Notes under the pieces: generated by a model
What the model saw: only the letters and a program-made list of their open reading frames with translations
Databases searched by the model: none
Told to the model about the DNA's origin: nothing
Translations under genes and position numbers: made by a program
Shown here: in pieces, positions 37,906 through 50,449 of the stretch
How the letters are laid out: each line of letters starts with the position of its first letter
How positions within the stretch are numbered: position 1 is the stretch's first letter
Source of the DNA: Callorhinchus milii
Lineage: Eukaryota
Reading direction: 5' to 3'
Length of the DNA: 64,000 nucleotides
Assembly (NCBI RefSeq): GCF_018977255.1
Contig: NW_024704743.1
Coordinates: 89,778,001 to 89,842,000 of the forward strand

Positions 37906-39904
37906 TCCCACAGATTTGTATACTTATGTTATTCTGAATACCTGAATAATGTTAGCACCCAAACCTGTCTGAAAATATTGCAAGAGAGTGCTCTGCATAT
38001 CTGTGCAGCTGGCCTAAAAACAGCAGCAGTTTGACCAGGCAAGGCCAACAAAGATGGCATTGGTTTATCAACGGCAGCTATTGAGGTTTTGAATGTGAGA
38101 CTCCGGTTTCCAAGGGTCACTGTATAGAAAAATAATTTAACCAAATCAATGTAAAGCACCTGTAAGGCTGCAACATTTTCAGACAGGTTTGGGGTTCACC
38201 AGGAATAGAAGGTATCTTAAAACACATTTTATCGCTGGATTTTAAGCAAAAATAGATTGTGTTTAGGAATACTGCAGCCATTTACACACAGCAAAGTCTT
38301 ACAGACAAATACAAGGTGACCAAATTCCACCAAATTGCCACTGAAAGACTCACTAATTTGTTTTTCTGATGATTTGCGCTCCTCAACTCTGATGCTAAAT
38401 ATCCATGAATGGTGCTTGTCTGATTATCCTGTTTTCCCCATACAGCTATTTTCACATGGCAGAGTTACATCCTTTTACCTTTTAAATTAATAAATCTAAT
38501 CACAGAAGCCCCAGCACTGACCATTTCAAAGTTTACAGCTTTGTTTGAACTCCATTGTTAAACCCTGAATCTTCAGTTTACAAATTGGTTCTCTTGATCT
38601 TCCACTTTCTTCAAAATGCTTTGCCTTGTGGCCACTTTCTCTGTCTCTTAAAACATATCCCTTCAATCACGCCTTTTAGTGAACATCTTTAAGTGTCTCC
38701 GGTGTTTAGTAAACATCTTTAAGTGTCTTAAATGTGCCCATCATTTTATTTGTTAAACACATCCAGGACATTTTCTACATGAAAGATGCTATGTAACTGA
38801 AGTTCTTGATGTCTAATGGTGAGAATGAATGCTATGCCTTGGAATCATGCCAAGCAATGTCTTTGTGGTAAGGCATTCTTTTCCTCTGCTTTCCGCCCTT
38901 GTCTCCCACTCTCTGGATATAATAATCCTTTTATTTGCCAAAATAAGTATATCTAATTGTGTTTTTAATATGCTCGTTCATGAATGATATGAAAAGAATG
39001 CACTGCCTAAAATGCTGCTACTTATAATTTATGTGCTGTTTGAAAAGAAATCCACGTTGTATTCAGTTGTTGATGGCATCTGTTTATTTCTTGTGTAATC
39101 TTGCTCCCTCGTGTGGTTGAACAATAATGCTACTGGATAATACTACTGGCCAGTCAATTAGCGTTTGAAAGCAAGTTTTGGTGTTGAAGGGTCAGATCTT
39201 AAATCCCAACATTGGCCCATTTGCTCTTCCAAAGAGCAGGCACAGGCACGATAGGCCGAATGGCCTCCTTCTGTGCTCTAATAAAATATTCTATGATCCC
39301 TTCCTTCCAGAATACTAATCCTCCCATTACATTAACGAGGTGTTTTTTTCAAATGAGGTCCAGTATCCCAGACTCAACCACCCCTCTCAGCAAACTGTTC
39401 CAGTAGTTAATTACTCTCTGATTAAAGAAAACATTCCTGATGTCTGTCCTGAAATTGCCGTTTGCACCTCTAAACTTATGTTCTCTTCTTCTGTCTTGTT
39501 GCATCCGAGTGTAATATTGAAGTAATATTCTGGACTCACTTTTTCAAATCCCATTTAAAATGTTATACATCTCCTCTAAGATGTCGTCTTGCAAGAGTCC
39601 TAGCTTGTTAAATTGTTACTCCAAAGCTAAACAATTTTTCTCCTGTATGTCCAGTATTTCAGATTTCTAGCTTTCAGTTTTTCTTCACATCCTCATGACG
39701 TTGCCTCCTTAACTAAACAATTTATTCTTAAATGAAGATTGAAGAGTGACAGCAGTTAATATTAGAAATGATGAGATACTGCAATGGACTATACAATGGA
39801 GTCAACCCAAGTTATCTGTTCTTGCCATATTCACTTTCTGCAATGTAGAATGTTGCCTGGTGCTGAACGCAAGGGGTTTACTGCATGGATCGTAAAAATA
39901 AAGA

Positions 39905-40125
39905 CTTCTAAAAAAAATTGGGTCACTCAATCTAGGACTGTTTGTGGGACACTGCTGTGCACAATTGGCTGCTGTGTTTGATCCACAAAACAGTCAATTC
40001 ACTTTACAGTATATTCTGTGAAGCACTTTGGGATGTCTTGAAGATGTGATAAAGCGCTATATCAAATGCAAGGATTATTATTATTATTATTATTATTACA
40101 TCAAATGCAAGCATTACTATTATTA
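39905..40125 (+). mobile_element. SINE 3' half with (TTA)n tail and duplicated tail motif
   Basis: tgtttgtgggacactgctgtgc...atcaaatgcaaggattattatt; atcaaatgcaag is repeated at ~40100. Confidence 0.85.
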
Positions 40126-42154
40126 TGACCTAGCCTTCATTTATCATGTCTTTTATTTTCTTTCTTGCCGGTATCCTGCACATTGGGCTTGGCCCTTCAT
40201 CTTCTAACAAAGAAAGAGGCAATTTGCCTACAAGTAAATGGGGATCACAGAGTGATATGCACAAATGTGAAGATGTCACAGTAATGATTGAGCACACAGT
40301 GCAGACACAGAAGGATGGTGACAATCTGATAGACATTCTAATTAAAGTTCTAAGTGCACTTATCCAAATAATACTTTGTAAGTGCACAAGAACGCGGAGC
40401 ATACATATGTGAGGGATCGTGCTCATAATAACTGGATGCACTAAGGTACCTTTATGGTAAATGTGTTTTAAAATTATATTGAATACAGGTGCATGCATAG
40501 TGAATGCAAATATAAGATCCTTTAAATGAAATTCTTTGATTTTCAGACCCTACCTTTAAAAATCACAAATTGGCTATCAAATAAATTTAGCTTTCACACC
40601 TATTTAATTTATGTTGTCTACTGCTGTTTTGTTGAAACTGTTGAGTCCTGAATGATGACTTCTTCAGTGGGCTTGGCTGGGGTGATTTACTGTCCTCGAT
40701 CATGCAGAAGAGCTGAATTGACATCAGTAGATACAGTCATTAACCTAGAGTACTTTGGTGATCATGTCATTTTAATTATACTTGTTATTTCATCTCCCTT
40801 CTACTCAATAATCCTAGCCAATCTCACAAAGATGTGATGAGCATCCAGGCATCAAAAGGGAAAATTGTGGTACTGTTTTTTATGGCACAGCCACAGCAAT
40901 TAACAATTGCATTTTAGCTTCCTTATAAACAAGGCACCTATCTGCCTGATCGGGGAAGGCCGGAAAAATCACCCTTGTTGTCCCTGATTGAAACTCCACT
41001 AAATATATTTCTGGTCCCAAGTGCTAAGCTCCAGCAATCAATATGAATGCTTATCGATATCCCGCCTTTATAGTGCCTTTCACTTTTTTTTGATGGAGAA
41101 GAGTTTTCAAAATAAGGGAATGTGGAAAAAACAAGAGAAATTGAAAAAAGCAAAGGGGAAAGCAGACTAGGTCAGTTTTACTCTGAGAACTGAAAGAGGT
41201 TAGACCTTTCTAAGGATAGCAGTCTTTGCAGAGCTGAAGTAACATCACCTCTACTTGTAATGGTTATGCTTTTTCTTTCAAGGTTCTGTAACAAAGAGGC
41301 TCTGTAGAATCTACCATCTCTGTGATTATCTGTGGACTCTGTTAATTAAAAACTCCAGTGTAAAACTATCAACTGAGTCAGTCTCCATTTGACTTGGAAT
41401 AAGACCAGAACTATGACTTTTCTGTGAGAAAGTTCTCAATCCTGTAGCATTAATGTCATCTGAGCAGGTGCCTGAGCTGAGGAAAAGAGCTGGGTAGAAC
41501 TCATCCACGCCCAGGGGACAGAGTTTACAACAGCAGGGAAATGGAATTGAAGAGAGTTACCATAGACATAACAATGACTTGTGTGGAGTATAAACACTTG
41601 TTTGAATAGTTGGGCTGGATGCCCTGTTTCCATTCTGTATCATTCTATGTAAATCTATGTAAGATTGAGCAGGCATGATGGCCTACTTCTGTGCCTATAG
41701 TTTCTCTAAGTGAGCCTAACAATTAGTGTCACTTGTGGTAAATTGCATAGTTATGTGGTTCAGCACTCACAAGGAGTCATGTTTTACATTGAACACTTAC
41801 AATTGTTAGAGCAGAGACTTTCATTCTCATAGTTTGGGTTTAGATTTCAAGCAATGTCCCAGAGATGAAACGGTACAGTAGTGTTCTCAATAACCAGCTT
41901 CCCCCAAACACAAATGCTATCCAGACTGTCAGGATTAAAGTAAATAAAACAGGACTATCAACATATTACATGAAGTAATTTGTGACAGTTGTAATGGGCT
42001 TTTCATGGTTTCAAGCCCAATTCTCCAGGCCATGATCTGAATCATTTTCACAGCAAGGTCTGTTGGATAAAGTAAAATGCCTTTATTGAAGCACAAACAC
42101 AAGTGGCCAAACAGTACAGGACACCATGCATTTTATATTGGAATCAAAGTAAAT

Positions 42155-43915
42155 GTCATTTGGTAGCACTCTCACCTCTGAGTCAGATTGTTCTGGGCTC
42201 CGGTGCAATTCACTGAATTGTCACTGAATCTTTCAGATGAAACATTAAACTGAAGTCGCATTTGTCTGCTCATGTGGACATTAAAAATCCCATGGCCCTA
42301 TTCAAAAAGAAGGGAATTTGTCTCTTTGTCCTGGCCAACAATCCGCCAAATAAAATTATTTATTAATTTCACAGCTACTTATACTATATTGCTGCATTCA
42401 AATTTGCTGCCCAGCGGGAGCATATAGATCAGGAAAAGAAGAGGGCCAAGGATGGAGCCCTGGGGTAGCCCGCAGGTGACCGGGATAGGTCGGGAGAAGA
42501 AACCGTTTACCTAAATAAAATGGAGATGGTTAGTTAAGTAGGACTTGAACCATATGAGTGCGGTCCCACTAAGGTGGATGAGGGAGGAGAGGCAGTGGAG
42601 GAGGATGGCATGGTCGACCTTGTTGAATGCGGCAGAGAGATCCAGGAGGACGAGGAGACGGAGGGAGCCCTGGTTGCAGATAAAGAGGATGTTGTTTGTG
42701 ACTTGGACAAGCGGTGTCTCTGTGCTGTGGGCAGAGCGAGAACCAGACTGCAGTGGCTCAAGAAGGGAGTGGAAGGAGAGGTGTGACCGAAGTTGACCTT
42801 CAACAATGCGTTCCAGGACTTTTTATGACAGTTAGCATTATTTATTGGCATGAAATACATTTTACAGTTATAGGGATTAAAGTACAGGATCTCCACAAAG
42901 TCATGTTACCCCTATGTTTTTTCTACAGTGCACTGACCAAGAACTGAAACATGTGGAAGAATGATGAAAATTATATTTAGAAGTACTTAATTGTATTGAG
43001 TACAATTGTTTAATTGTATTTAGATGTCCAGATACCCAGAGGTATGAGTGTGAGCACCATCATTTTCATGGCAGATAATGATCTGTCTCCATGTTCGGTG
43101 CAGCATCTTCTGTACCATGAATGGAGTACCGAGGCAAATTCCATCTTCAACAGCTTGTTTCAGCTCCTCCGTTGTCTCATATCATTGTTTTGTAATAGAG
43201 GGTTAAGACAACTTTGTGGACAGCATGTACAGCTTTTTCATAATGCATTACCCAGCACAACAAAATAAAACAGACATTACAAATTGAGCCTTAATTCAGG
43301 AATTTGCCAAATTCTGCACTTTATCAAATGTACGTAATCCAACGGAATTTACTGGCATCTTTAATAATATAAGAATTAAATTATTATATAATCAAATAAT
43401 TTAAATTACATGATATAATTATATATTATATAATTAATATATATTACTATAATTATATATAATAGATCTAATTATATATTATATAACTCCTCCTCGCCCG
43501 TTTCCACTGGCTTCCCATCACTCAGAGGATACAGTTCAAGATCCTGGTCCTCACTTTCAAAGCTCTCGACAGCCTTGCTCCTCCTCACTTCTGTGACCTC
43601 TTAAACCCCTATCAACCTGTCTGCTCCTTGTTTCATGTCCCCCACCTTGCCATTGGCGGGTAGGCCTTCAGCCTCTCTGCCCCCACCCTCTGGAACTCCA
43701 TCCCACAGTCCCTCCGCCTCATCCGCTCCCTTACCTCCTTCAAGACCCATCTCAAGACCCTTCTCTTCGAATGTGCCTTCGGACACCCTCCTAGCCTCCC
43801 TGCCCTCCACCCTCCCTGACCCTCAGCTCAGGTCCAAATCCTGACTGTTCAGCAGCTTGGGATGTCCTCCCGACATGGAAGGTGCTATACAAATGTAATT
43901 GTGTATTGTATTGTA
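42155..43915. mobile_element. Cluster: Deu-type SINE (+, ~42155-42410), L2 RT fragment (-, ~42410-42800), AT-rich low complexity (~43370-43485), L2 3' end (+, ~43486-43915)
   Basis: Minus-strand [23 protein letters not shown] motifs; plus-strand RFHWLPITQRIQFKIL and L2 tail. Confidence 0.75.
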
Positions 43916-45031
43916 TAAATAGCCACTGAAAAGGGCTGCAGGTGATTCTGGAATCCTTTACATTGGTTGTTTATTTAATAATCAAGGACATCTGTATGTT
44001 TTTTCATATGGTTTGTCTAAATTGCAAATTATGCATATGGGTTGTTAACCCATTCCAGAAATTAGATCTCAGTATATGGCACCGAAAGTGTAATTTCTTT
44101 ATTCTGAGTTGCAAAATCTTGCTAATAAGGACAAACACCTAGACATTTTAATGGTGCAAATACATGCCTTGCTGTGGAGGAGGAGATATGGCGGAATGTG
44201 CTCAGTGTGACAGGAGAAATGCAGTGTCACTGAACAGCATTGCTGTGAAGGAATTTCGTACTTACGCCTATGGCCACACTCTGAATGGTTGTATTGTTTA
44301 TAACATTTCACCAATTGTACAACAGTGTCAATTTGGTCCTTCACTTCACAGCTGTTTGTGGGATATTGCTGTGCACAAATCGCCTGCTGCATTCGCCTGC
44401 AAATACAGTCACTACACTCACTTTACACTAAAATCTTGTGAAACATTTCCAGATATTTCAATAACATGATAAGATGCTATTTCAAGTGCATTTATTATTA
44501 TAACTACTAACTTGTGATCTGTTGACACCTGGGGTTGTGTGAACACTGTGCAGCAGCTGAATACAGACCAGATTTAAATATCATGGGTGTTGCTCACTCT
44601 GCTGCTTGAAATGGGTGGATCCTGCACAGCACAACTGTCAGAAAGTCTAGACTCAAAAAGAAATAGAACATGTATTTTATATCACTCTGAGATGTCTTGG
44701 AATGGTTCACAAGTTATCGCAAACACCCAGCATCCAGTAGGTCAATGACTATTAATTTGGAGGATTGTTGGCCAGACACTGGGAGAAATTCTTGTCTTTT
44801 TGAAATAGTGCCATCCTTTTTGTAGCCTCAGTGTGCGGCCATCAACACTTACTAGTAGCCACACTGTGACTTTTCGTGTGACCTTCCCCCCCCTTCTCAA
44901 GCCAGCCAAAGCCGGGTAGAGACAGTGAGAGAGGGAGAGAACACATGCCTGCCCAACTGTCTGTCTTGTGGTTCTGTGAGCTGTAGTCCAGCTGCCCCCT
45001 CCTCAGCTGCGAGTCCAACATGCGATTGAAC

Positions 45032-48000
45032 TGTTGGATACTAATTAATAAATAAGGACCAATTGACTAGGATCAATGGAAGGAGATCAAGAGGAAGAAA
45101 AAGCAGGAAGAACTGAGTAGAGGGTGTGTGGTGTGACTCTTGGATTTTGTAACTGGATACCTAAAATAAAAGTATGTTCTACACATTGTTGAGAACATAA
45201 CATGTTGTCAGAAGTAAAACTGAACGGATTTTGAAAAGACTATAAGATTAAACAGGGAAGAGAACAAAGGACAAAATGAGTGTTGGAGCAGCAGTCGGAT
45301 GCAGGGACAAGATATTTGCAAATACCGTGACCATTGAGGCTAGAAGGTAACTTAAGACATAATTGGCAAAGATTTGAACGTGATTTTGAGATACTTGTGC
45401 TAGCCTCAAATGTGAAGGAATTGCCACAAATACAGCAGTCGGTTATTTTCCTAAATGTGGCAGGGGAAGAAGCAAGGGATTACTTTGCAAATATGGAGAA
45501 AGATATGGACATGCCATTAGATGAGATGATAAAGGTCATGCGGGGAAAGATGCTGTGGATAGAACAATGTCACAGCAGATAGATATAAATTTGGAACAAG
45601 GAAGCAAGGGCCTACAGAATCATTTCATCAATACTGTACATGTTTTACTTAATTATGATCATTAAGTAAAACATTTAATTATGGAGTTTTAAGAGAAGAG
45701 ATCATCAGATACCAAATTGTGATAGGATTGAAAGATAATAAAATATGCAGTAAGCTCTTGAAAGAAGCTCTTTAATGCTCCAAAAAGCTCTGCAAATCGT
45801 GGGTATAGAAATAATGTCCAAAGAACACATGAGGGACTTAATAGAAATGCAGAAAAGATGATGGAAATTGATGAATTAGCTCAATGAAGAAGCTGGGATG
45901 ATTCAGATGAGGAATATGGAGGTACGGAGGATATTCAGGCCTAAAGGGTAAACAAATCTAAAGGAAACATGGAAAGTGTGGATTAGTGCATCCTTTTCAG
46001 AGATGTTCAGGGGAAGGAAGAGAGTGTTATGTGTGTCTTCGGAATGGGCATTACACAAGACAATGGAGAAATGGACAAAGAGAACCTGTAAGTAGCTGTG
46101 GCAGAGGAACCCGGGAGGAAAGGCGTACAGGACGAAATGATTACCGAAGGCCAAATAAGCCACGAAGAACTGGAAGAGCAAATAAGATCAAGGCAACATG
46201 AAATAAGAGACAATTCAGATACAGAATCCGGAGTGACTGAACAAGAAGAGTATAATATTGATGCAACAAAAATCATTAAGAGAGTTCTTACAGAAAAAGA
46301 GAAAAAGGAGTGGATAATATCTCTATGGTGCACAGAAGAGGAAATGGTTAAGGTGCAAATTGGATACAAGAACTCAGGTCAGTGGAATGTCATTAGTAGA
46401 GTATATGCAGCTGGAAAAACCCAATAAAGAGAAATTGGAAAAGGGTAAAAGCAGACTATTGGCCTATAATAAAGGAGAGATAGAGGGCAGTGTAGCTATA
46501 GAAGTGGTGCACTTGTAAGATAAAGTTTCACATTGTAAAATTAAAAGCCGATACTCTACTCAGACTGCAAGATATCATTGAAATGGGATTACTAAAAAGA
46601 ATTCGGAGTTTAGCGACAGAAGACTACAAACAAATGGAAATGGAAGAAATACGGAAGAAATATCAATAACTTTTTGGAAAAAGGGGACCGATGAAAGGGG
46701 AATACACAATCAGATTAAAAGAAACAGTAAAGCCAGTGATATTGACGCTTAGGAGAGTGCCAGAAGCACTGAAAAAGAAACGTTAAATAAAATAGAAAAG
46801 GACCAGATAATAAAAAAAAGTAGAGAATCCCACCGATTGGGTAAGTGCCGTGGTAATTGTAGAAAAAATTGGCTGCCGTGTTTCGCCCACAAATTCACTT
46901 TACAGTCTATTTTGTGAAGTGCTTTGCGACGTCGAGAAGACGTGAAAAGCACTATATCAAATGCAAGGATTATTATTAAAAATGCCTGCACCTACAGATA
47001 AGAAAGCAGTAAAAAGACTGATGGGAATGGTGAATTGGGTGGCGAGATTAATTCCCAAAGTTACTGAATTCATGGAGCTTATAAGAGAGCTTGTCAAAGA
47101 AAACAGAGAATTCATATGGGAAAAGGAACAGCAGTGAGCATTTAATAAAAGAGGCCATATCAAAATCTCCAGTATTAAAATGTTATAAGTGCACTAGTGA
47201 CAATATCTATGGATGTGAGTCAGGCAGGAATAGGAGCAGTATTAATGCAAGGGAGAAAAATCATAGCATATGCATCCAGGGCTCTTGGAAACAGAGAAAA
47301 GATATGCCCAGATAGAGAGTGTTTTGTTGTGGTGTTTGGATGGGTAAGATTCAAGCAATATGTATATTGGGGAAAAAAAGTGATTATTAAAAAATTATCA
47401 CAAACTATTAGAGGCCATTCTGAGAAAAGCGCTCCATGAAATACCGCCAAGGCTACAAAGAATGAGAATACGGCTACAGAGATATAACGCTGAATTTCAG
47501 TACAAACTTGGGAAATCACTATATGCGACAGACACACTAAGTCGAGCCACTACTCAAAATGCGAAGAGGATGAGCAACTGGAAAAAGAAATTGAATTCCA
47601 GGTAAGGGAAATAGCAAAGGCAACAAGAGAGGATAGATTAGAGAAGCAAATAATAGATAGGAGGAGAAAAAAATGAGATCCCAGGTACACCACAAGAGAA
47701 ATGGAGGGAAACCACAAAATGAACCAGGAAAGGAGAAAACATTTTTTCAAGAGGAGAGAGAATATGGTTCAGGAAGAAAAACCTGAAAATGGAAGGTTGG
47801 ACAAAAGGAGAAATTTGGAAGGAGGATAAAACCCAAGATCATATTGGTTTAAAAGTGATAAAGGAAAAATAAATTGAAGGACATCATGGGAAATACGCCA
47901 AAGAAGGACAGAGGAAGGAAGAGCAGAAGGAAGATCTAAGTATGCCAGAAACATTGAGAACCACCAAATCAGGAAGAGTAGTAAAACGGACAAGGAGATT

Positions 48001-48234
48001 AACTGAACAAGACTGAGACACAAAGAAAAAAAATAAGAAGAATCCCAAAAAGGGGAAGATGTTGGACACTAATTAATAAATAAGTAAAGGACCAATTCAC
48101 TAGGACCGATGGAAGGAGATCAGGAGGGAGAGAAAGCAGGAAGCAGGGAGAGCTGAATAGAGGGTTCTTGGTGTGACCGTTGGATTTTGTAACTGGGAAC
48201 CTAAAACAACACATGGTTTGTTGAGAACATAACA
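45032..48234 (+). mobile_element. Decayed Gypsy/Ty3 LTR retrotransposon (Mag-like), both LTRs present, RT core and integrase deleted
   Basis: LTRs at 45032-45202 and 48060-48234 (TGTTGG...TAACA); PBS-like tgttgtcagaagt at 45203; PPT aaaaaggggaaga at 48047-48059; TSD TGAAC/CGAAC. gag LEGNLRHNWQRFERDF...IFLNVAGEEARD, knuckle CYVCLRNGH, RNase H DVSQAGIGAVLMQ...IAYASRAL. Confidence 0.92.
46865..46978 (+). mobile_element. SINE 3' fragment inserted in the Gypsy pol
   Basis: aattggctgccgtgtttcgcccacaa...atcaaatgcaaggattattatt. Confidence 0.88.
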
Positions 48235-48279
48235 CGAACCACAAAACATTTGTGCATTGCATTGCTCTGTGTTCCACGC

Positions 48280-48795
48280 AATCACACGCAATCTTCCCTC
48301 CCCACCCCACTCCCGGGCCCGGGGGCTGCTGTAGCCGCACAAATTCACACAGATAGCAGCGTGTGGTCACGGTGGCTGCAGTTGAGAAATTCTGGTCTCG
48401 GCTGATACCGCGATACAGTGAGGAGGAAACACTGTATATTGTCGGAGGTCTCATTAAACATTCGGTGGCTCTATTCAAAAAACAAAGAGGGCGTTTTTCC
48501 CGTCGTCCCGGGCAACAATCTTCCAGATAAAATCTCTCATTCGCTTCGAGGCGGTTTGTGGGAAATCGTTCACAATTCGGCCGCTCTGTTTGCCGACAAA
48601 ATAGGCGGTCGGCACACATTACGGCAAAGCCCCCGCACGGCACTGCGAGGTGCGCCGGCCGGTGGGTCAAGCGCCAAGAACGGTGACACGGACTCCACCG
48701 GTACAATAAGACGACTGGAAGATTCCCAGACCCTGTTTCGAAAGGAGAAGCATTGGAAACATTTATGAATTAACAAACGAAACACACCATCCCCA

Positions 48796-48826
<31 letters not shown>

Positions 48827-49270
48827 ACACACACAACCCCAGTGCGGAGGGCGGAGCAATCCCGCATATCAGAGGGCTGTTCCCACATGAGGAGCAGTCA
48901 GACGCTGCACAGAGGGTTCGTGGCCTCTCGCAGCCGAGCGGCGCTGATCTCCCCCTCACCCCCTCACCCCCTCACCCCCTCACCCGCCCCTCCACACACA
49001 CCACACCACACCCCCGCGATGTGCGACCGCAATCGGCTCCTGGTCCGGGGCGGTCGGGTGGTGAACGACGACCGCTCGGTGTTGGCTGATGTCTACATCG
49101 AAGACGGGCTGATCCGAGCCGTGGGGCTGAGTCTGCCCATCCCCGGGGGGGTGAGGGTGATCGATGCCACAGACAAACTCCTGCTGCCCGGGGGCATCGA
49201 CACCCACACTCACATGCAGTTGCCCTTCATGGGGGTGGAAGCCGTGGATGACTTTTATCAGGGAACAAAG
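48280..49270 (+). promoter_or_regulatory. CpG-rich region / probable DPYS promoter and 5' UTR
   Basis: Marked local excess of CpG and GC versus the AT-rich flanks, directly before and over exon 1. Includes GGGCGG at ~48849, a poly-C/(CA)n run at ~48791-48834 and (CCCCTCA)n at ~48951-48984. Confidence 0.6.
49019..49270 (+). CDS. DPYS: DPYS (dihydropyrimidinase) coding exon 1, 252 bp
   Basis: ATG at 49019; [18 protein letters not shown]...[18 protein letters not shown]...DDFYQGTK then AAG|GTacac. The intact DxHxH metal-binding motif and the position next to LRP12 favour DPYS over CRMP/DPYSL paralogues. Confidence 0.94.
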
Positions 49271-49303
49271 GTACACATTCCTGTGGCAGGATTTACAGAC
49301 TTA

Positions 49304-49796
49304 CTTCCCTCTCCTCTCCCTCCCTCTCTCTCTTCCTCCTCTTCCTCCCTCCCTCTCTCCCTCCCTTCTCTTCCTCCTTCTCTTCCTCCCTCCTTCTCTT
49401 CCTCCCTCCCTCCCTCCCTCCTTCTCTTCCTCCCTCCCTTCCCTTCCCTTCTCTTCCTCCCTCCCTCCCTCTCCTCCCTCTCTCCCTTCTCTTCCTCCCT
49501 CCCTCCCTCCTTCTCTTCCTCCCTCCCTCCCTCCCTCCCTCCTTCTCTTCCTCCCTCCCTCCCTCCTCCTCTTCCTCCCTCTCTCCCTTCCCTTCTCTTC
49601 CTCCCTCCTTCTCTTCCTCCCTCCCTCCTTCTCTTCCTCCCTCCCTCCCTCCTCCTCTTCCTCCCTCCCTCCCTTCCCTTCTCTTCCTCCCTCCCTCCCT
49701 CCTTCTCTTCCTCCCTCCCTCCTTCTCTTCCTCCCTCTCTCCCTTCTCTTCCTCCCTCCCTCCCTCCTTCTCTTCCTCACTCCCTCCCTTCCCTCC
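49304..49796. repeat. ~490-bp polypyrimidine (CCCT/CCTT/CTCTT) tract at the start of DPYS intron 1
   Basis: Only C and T on the + strand, apart from one A at 49779. Confidence 0.97.
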
Positions 49797-50449
49797 AGCA
49801 GAAAGTTTTGCTCTAACATTACTTTCCTTTCCAACTCAGAAACCCAAGGCACTGAACTCAGGAGAACTTTTGTACAGTAACTCAAACTGCCCCCCACCCA
49901 AGTAATTGAGCCCTGAGATGAGTTGTGGTTTCTTGAAGGGGAAAGGCATTGCAAAGAATGACATCAACCCTGTAACATCTTAACTTTTAACACTTTCACT
50001 TCCCCGCTTCAAGGAACATTGTCGTTTGCAGAACTGAGGATTTGCTGGTGATCTGCTGACCCCGTTTGCGTGTGTGAAAAAAAGCTGTGGCTTGGGTGGT
50101 GATATCTTTGGAACAGAAATGTGTGCCTGTCCCGGCTGTTCCCTCTCCCTGTAACTTGAGACCTTGAGCTGATTTTCTTTTTTCTTTTTTTTTGTGTGGA
50201 TAAAAAAATCTGTGGGCCACTCGCTCCACGTACACATTACATCATATCGGATAGGGCATTGCGATCTGCAAGTGAATGATATTCACCTTGGATGTAATCT
50301 GAGATCTGAAGAAGTCTGGACTAGCCCCACAGGCATTTTCTCGTTTGTTTTGATTGTTTTTAACGCCCGCTCCTTGATTCTTGGGTGAGCATGTACACCA
50401 GATTGCTAACAGTCGCCAAAGATTACCCAAGTAGCTACACAAAGCGCAC

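Noticed and set aside
47999..48959. Minus-strand ORFs of 235 and 129 aa as a divergent gene
   Set aside because: They cross an LTR, a SINE relic and microsatellites, show no recognisable domain, and are expected by chance in GC-rich DNA.
48842..49954. Long Pro/Ser/Leu-rich and Arg/Glu/Gly-rich ORFs (324, 238 and 217 aa)
   Set aside because: They are read-through of DPYS exon 1 into a stop-free CT microsatellite; the real exon ends at the donor at 49271.
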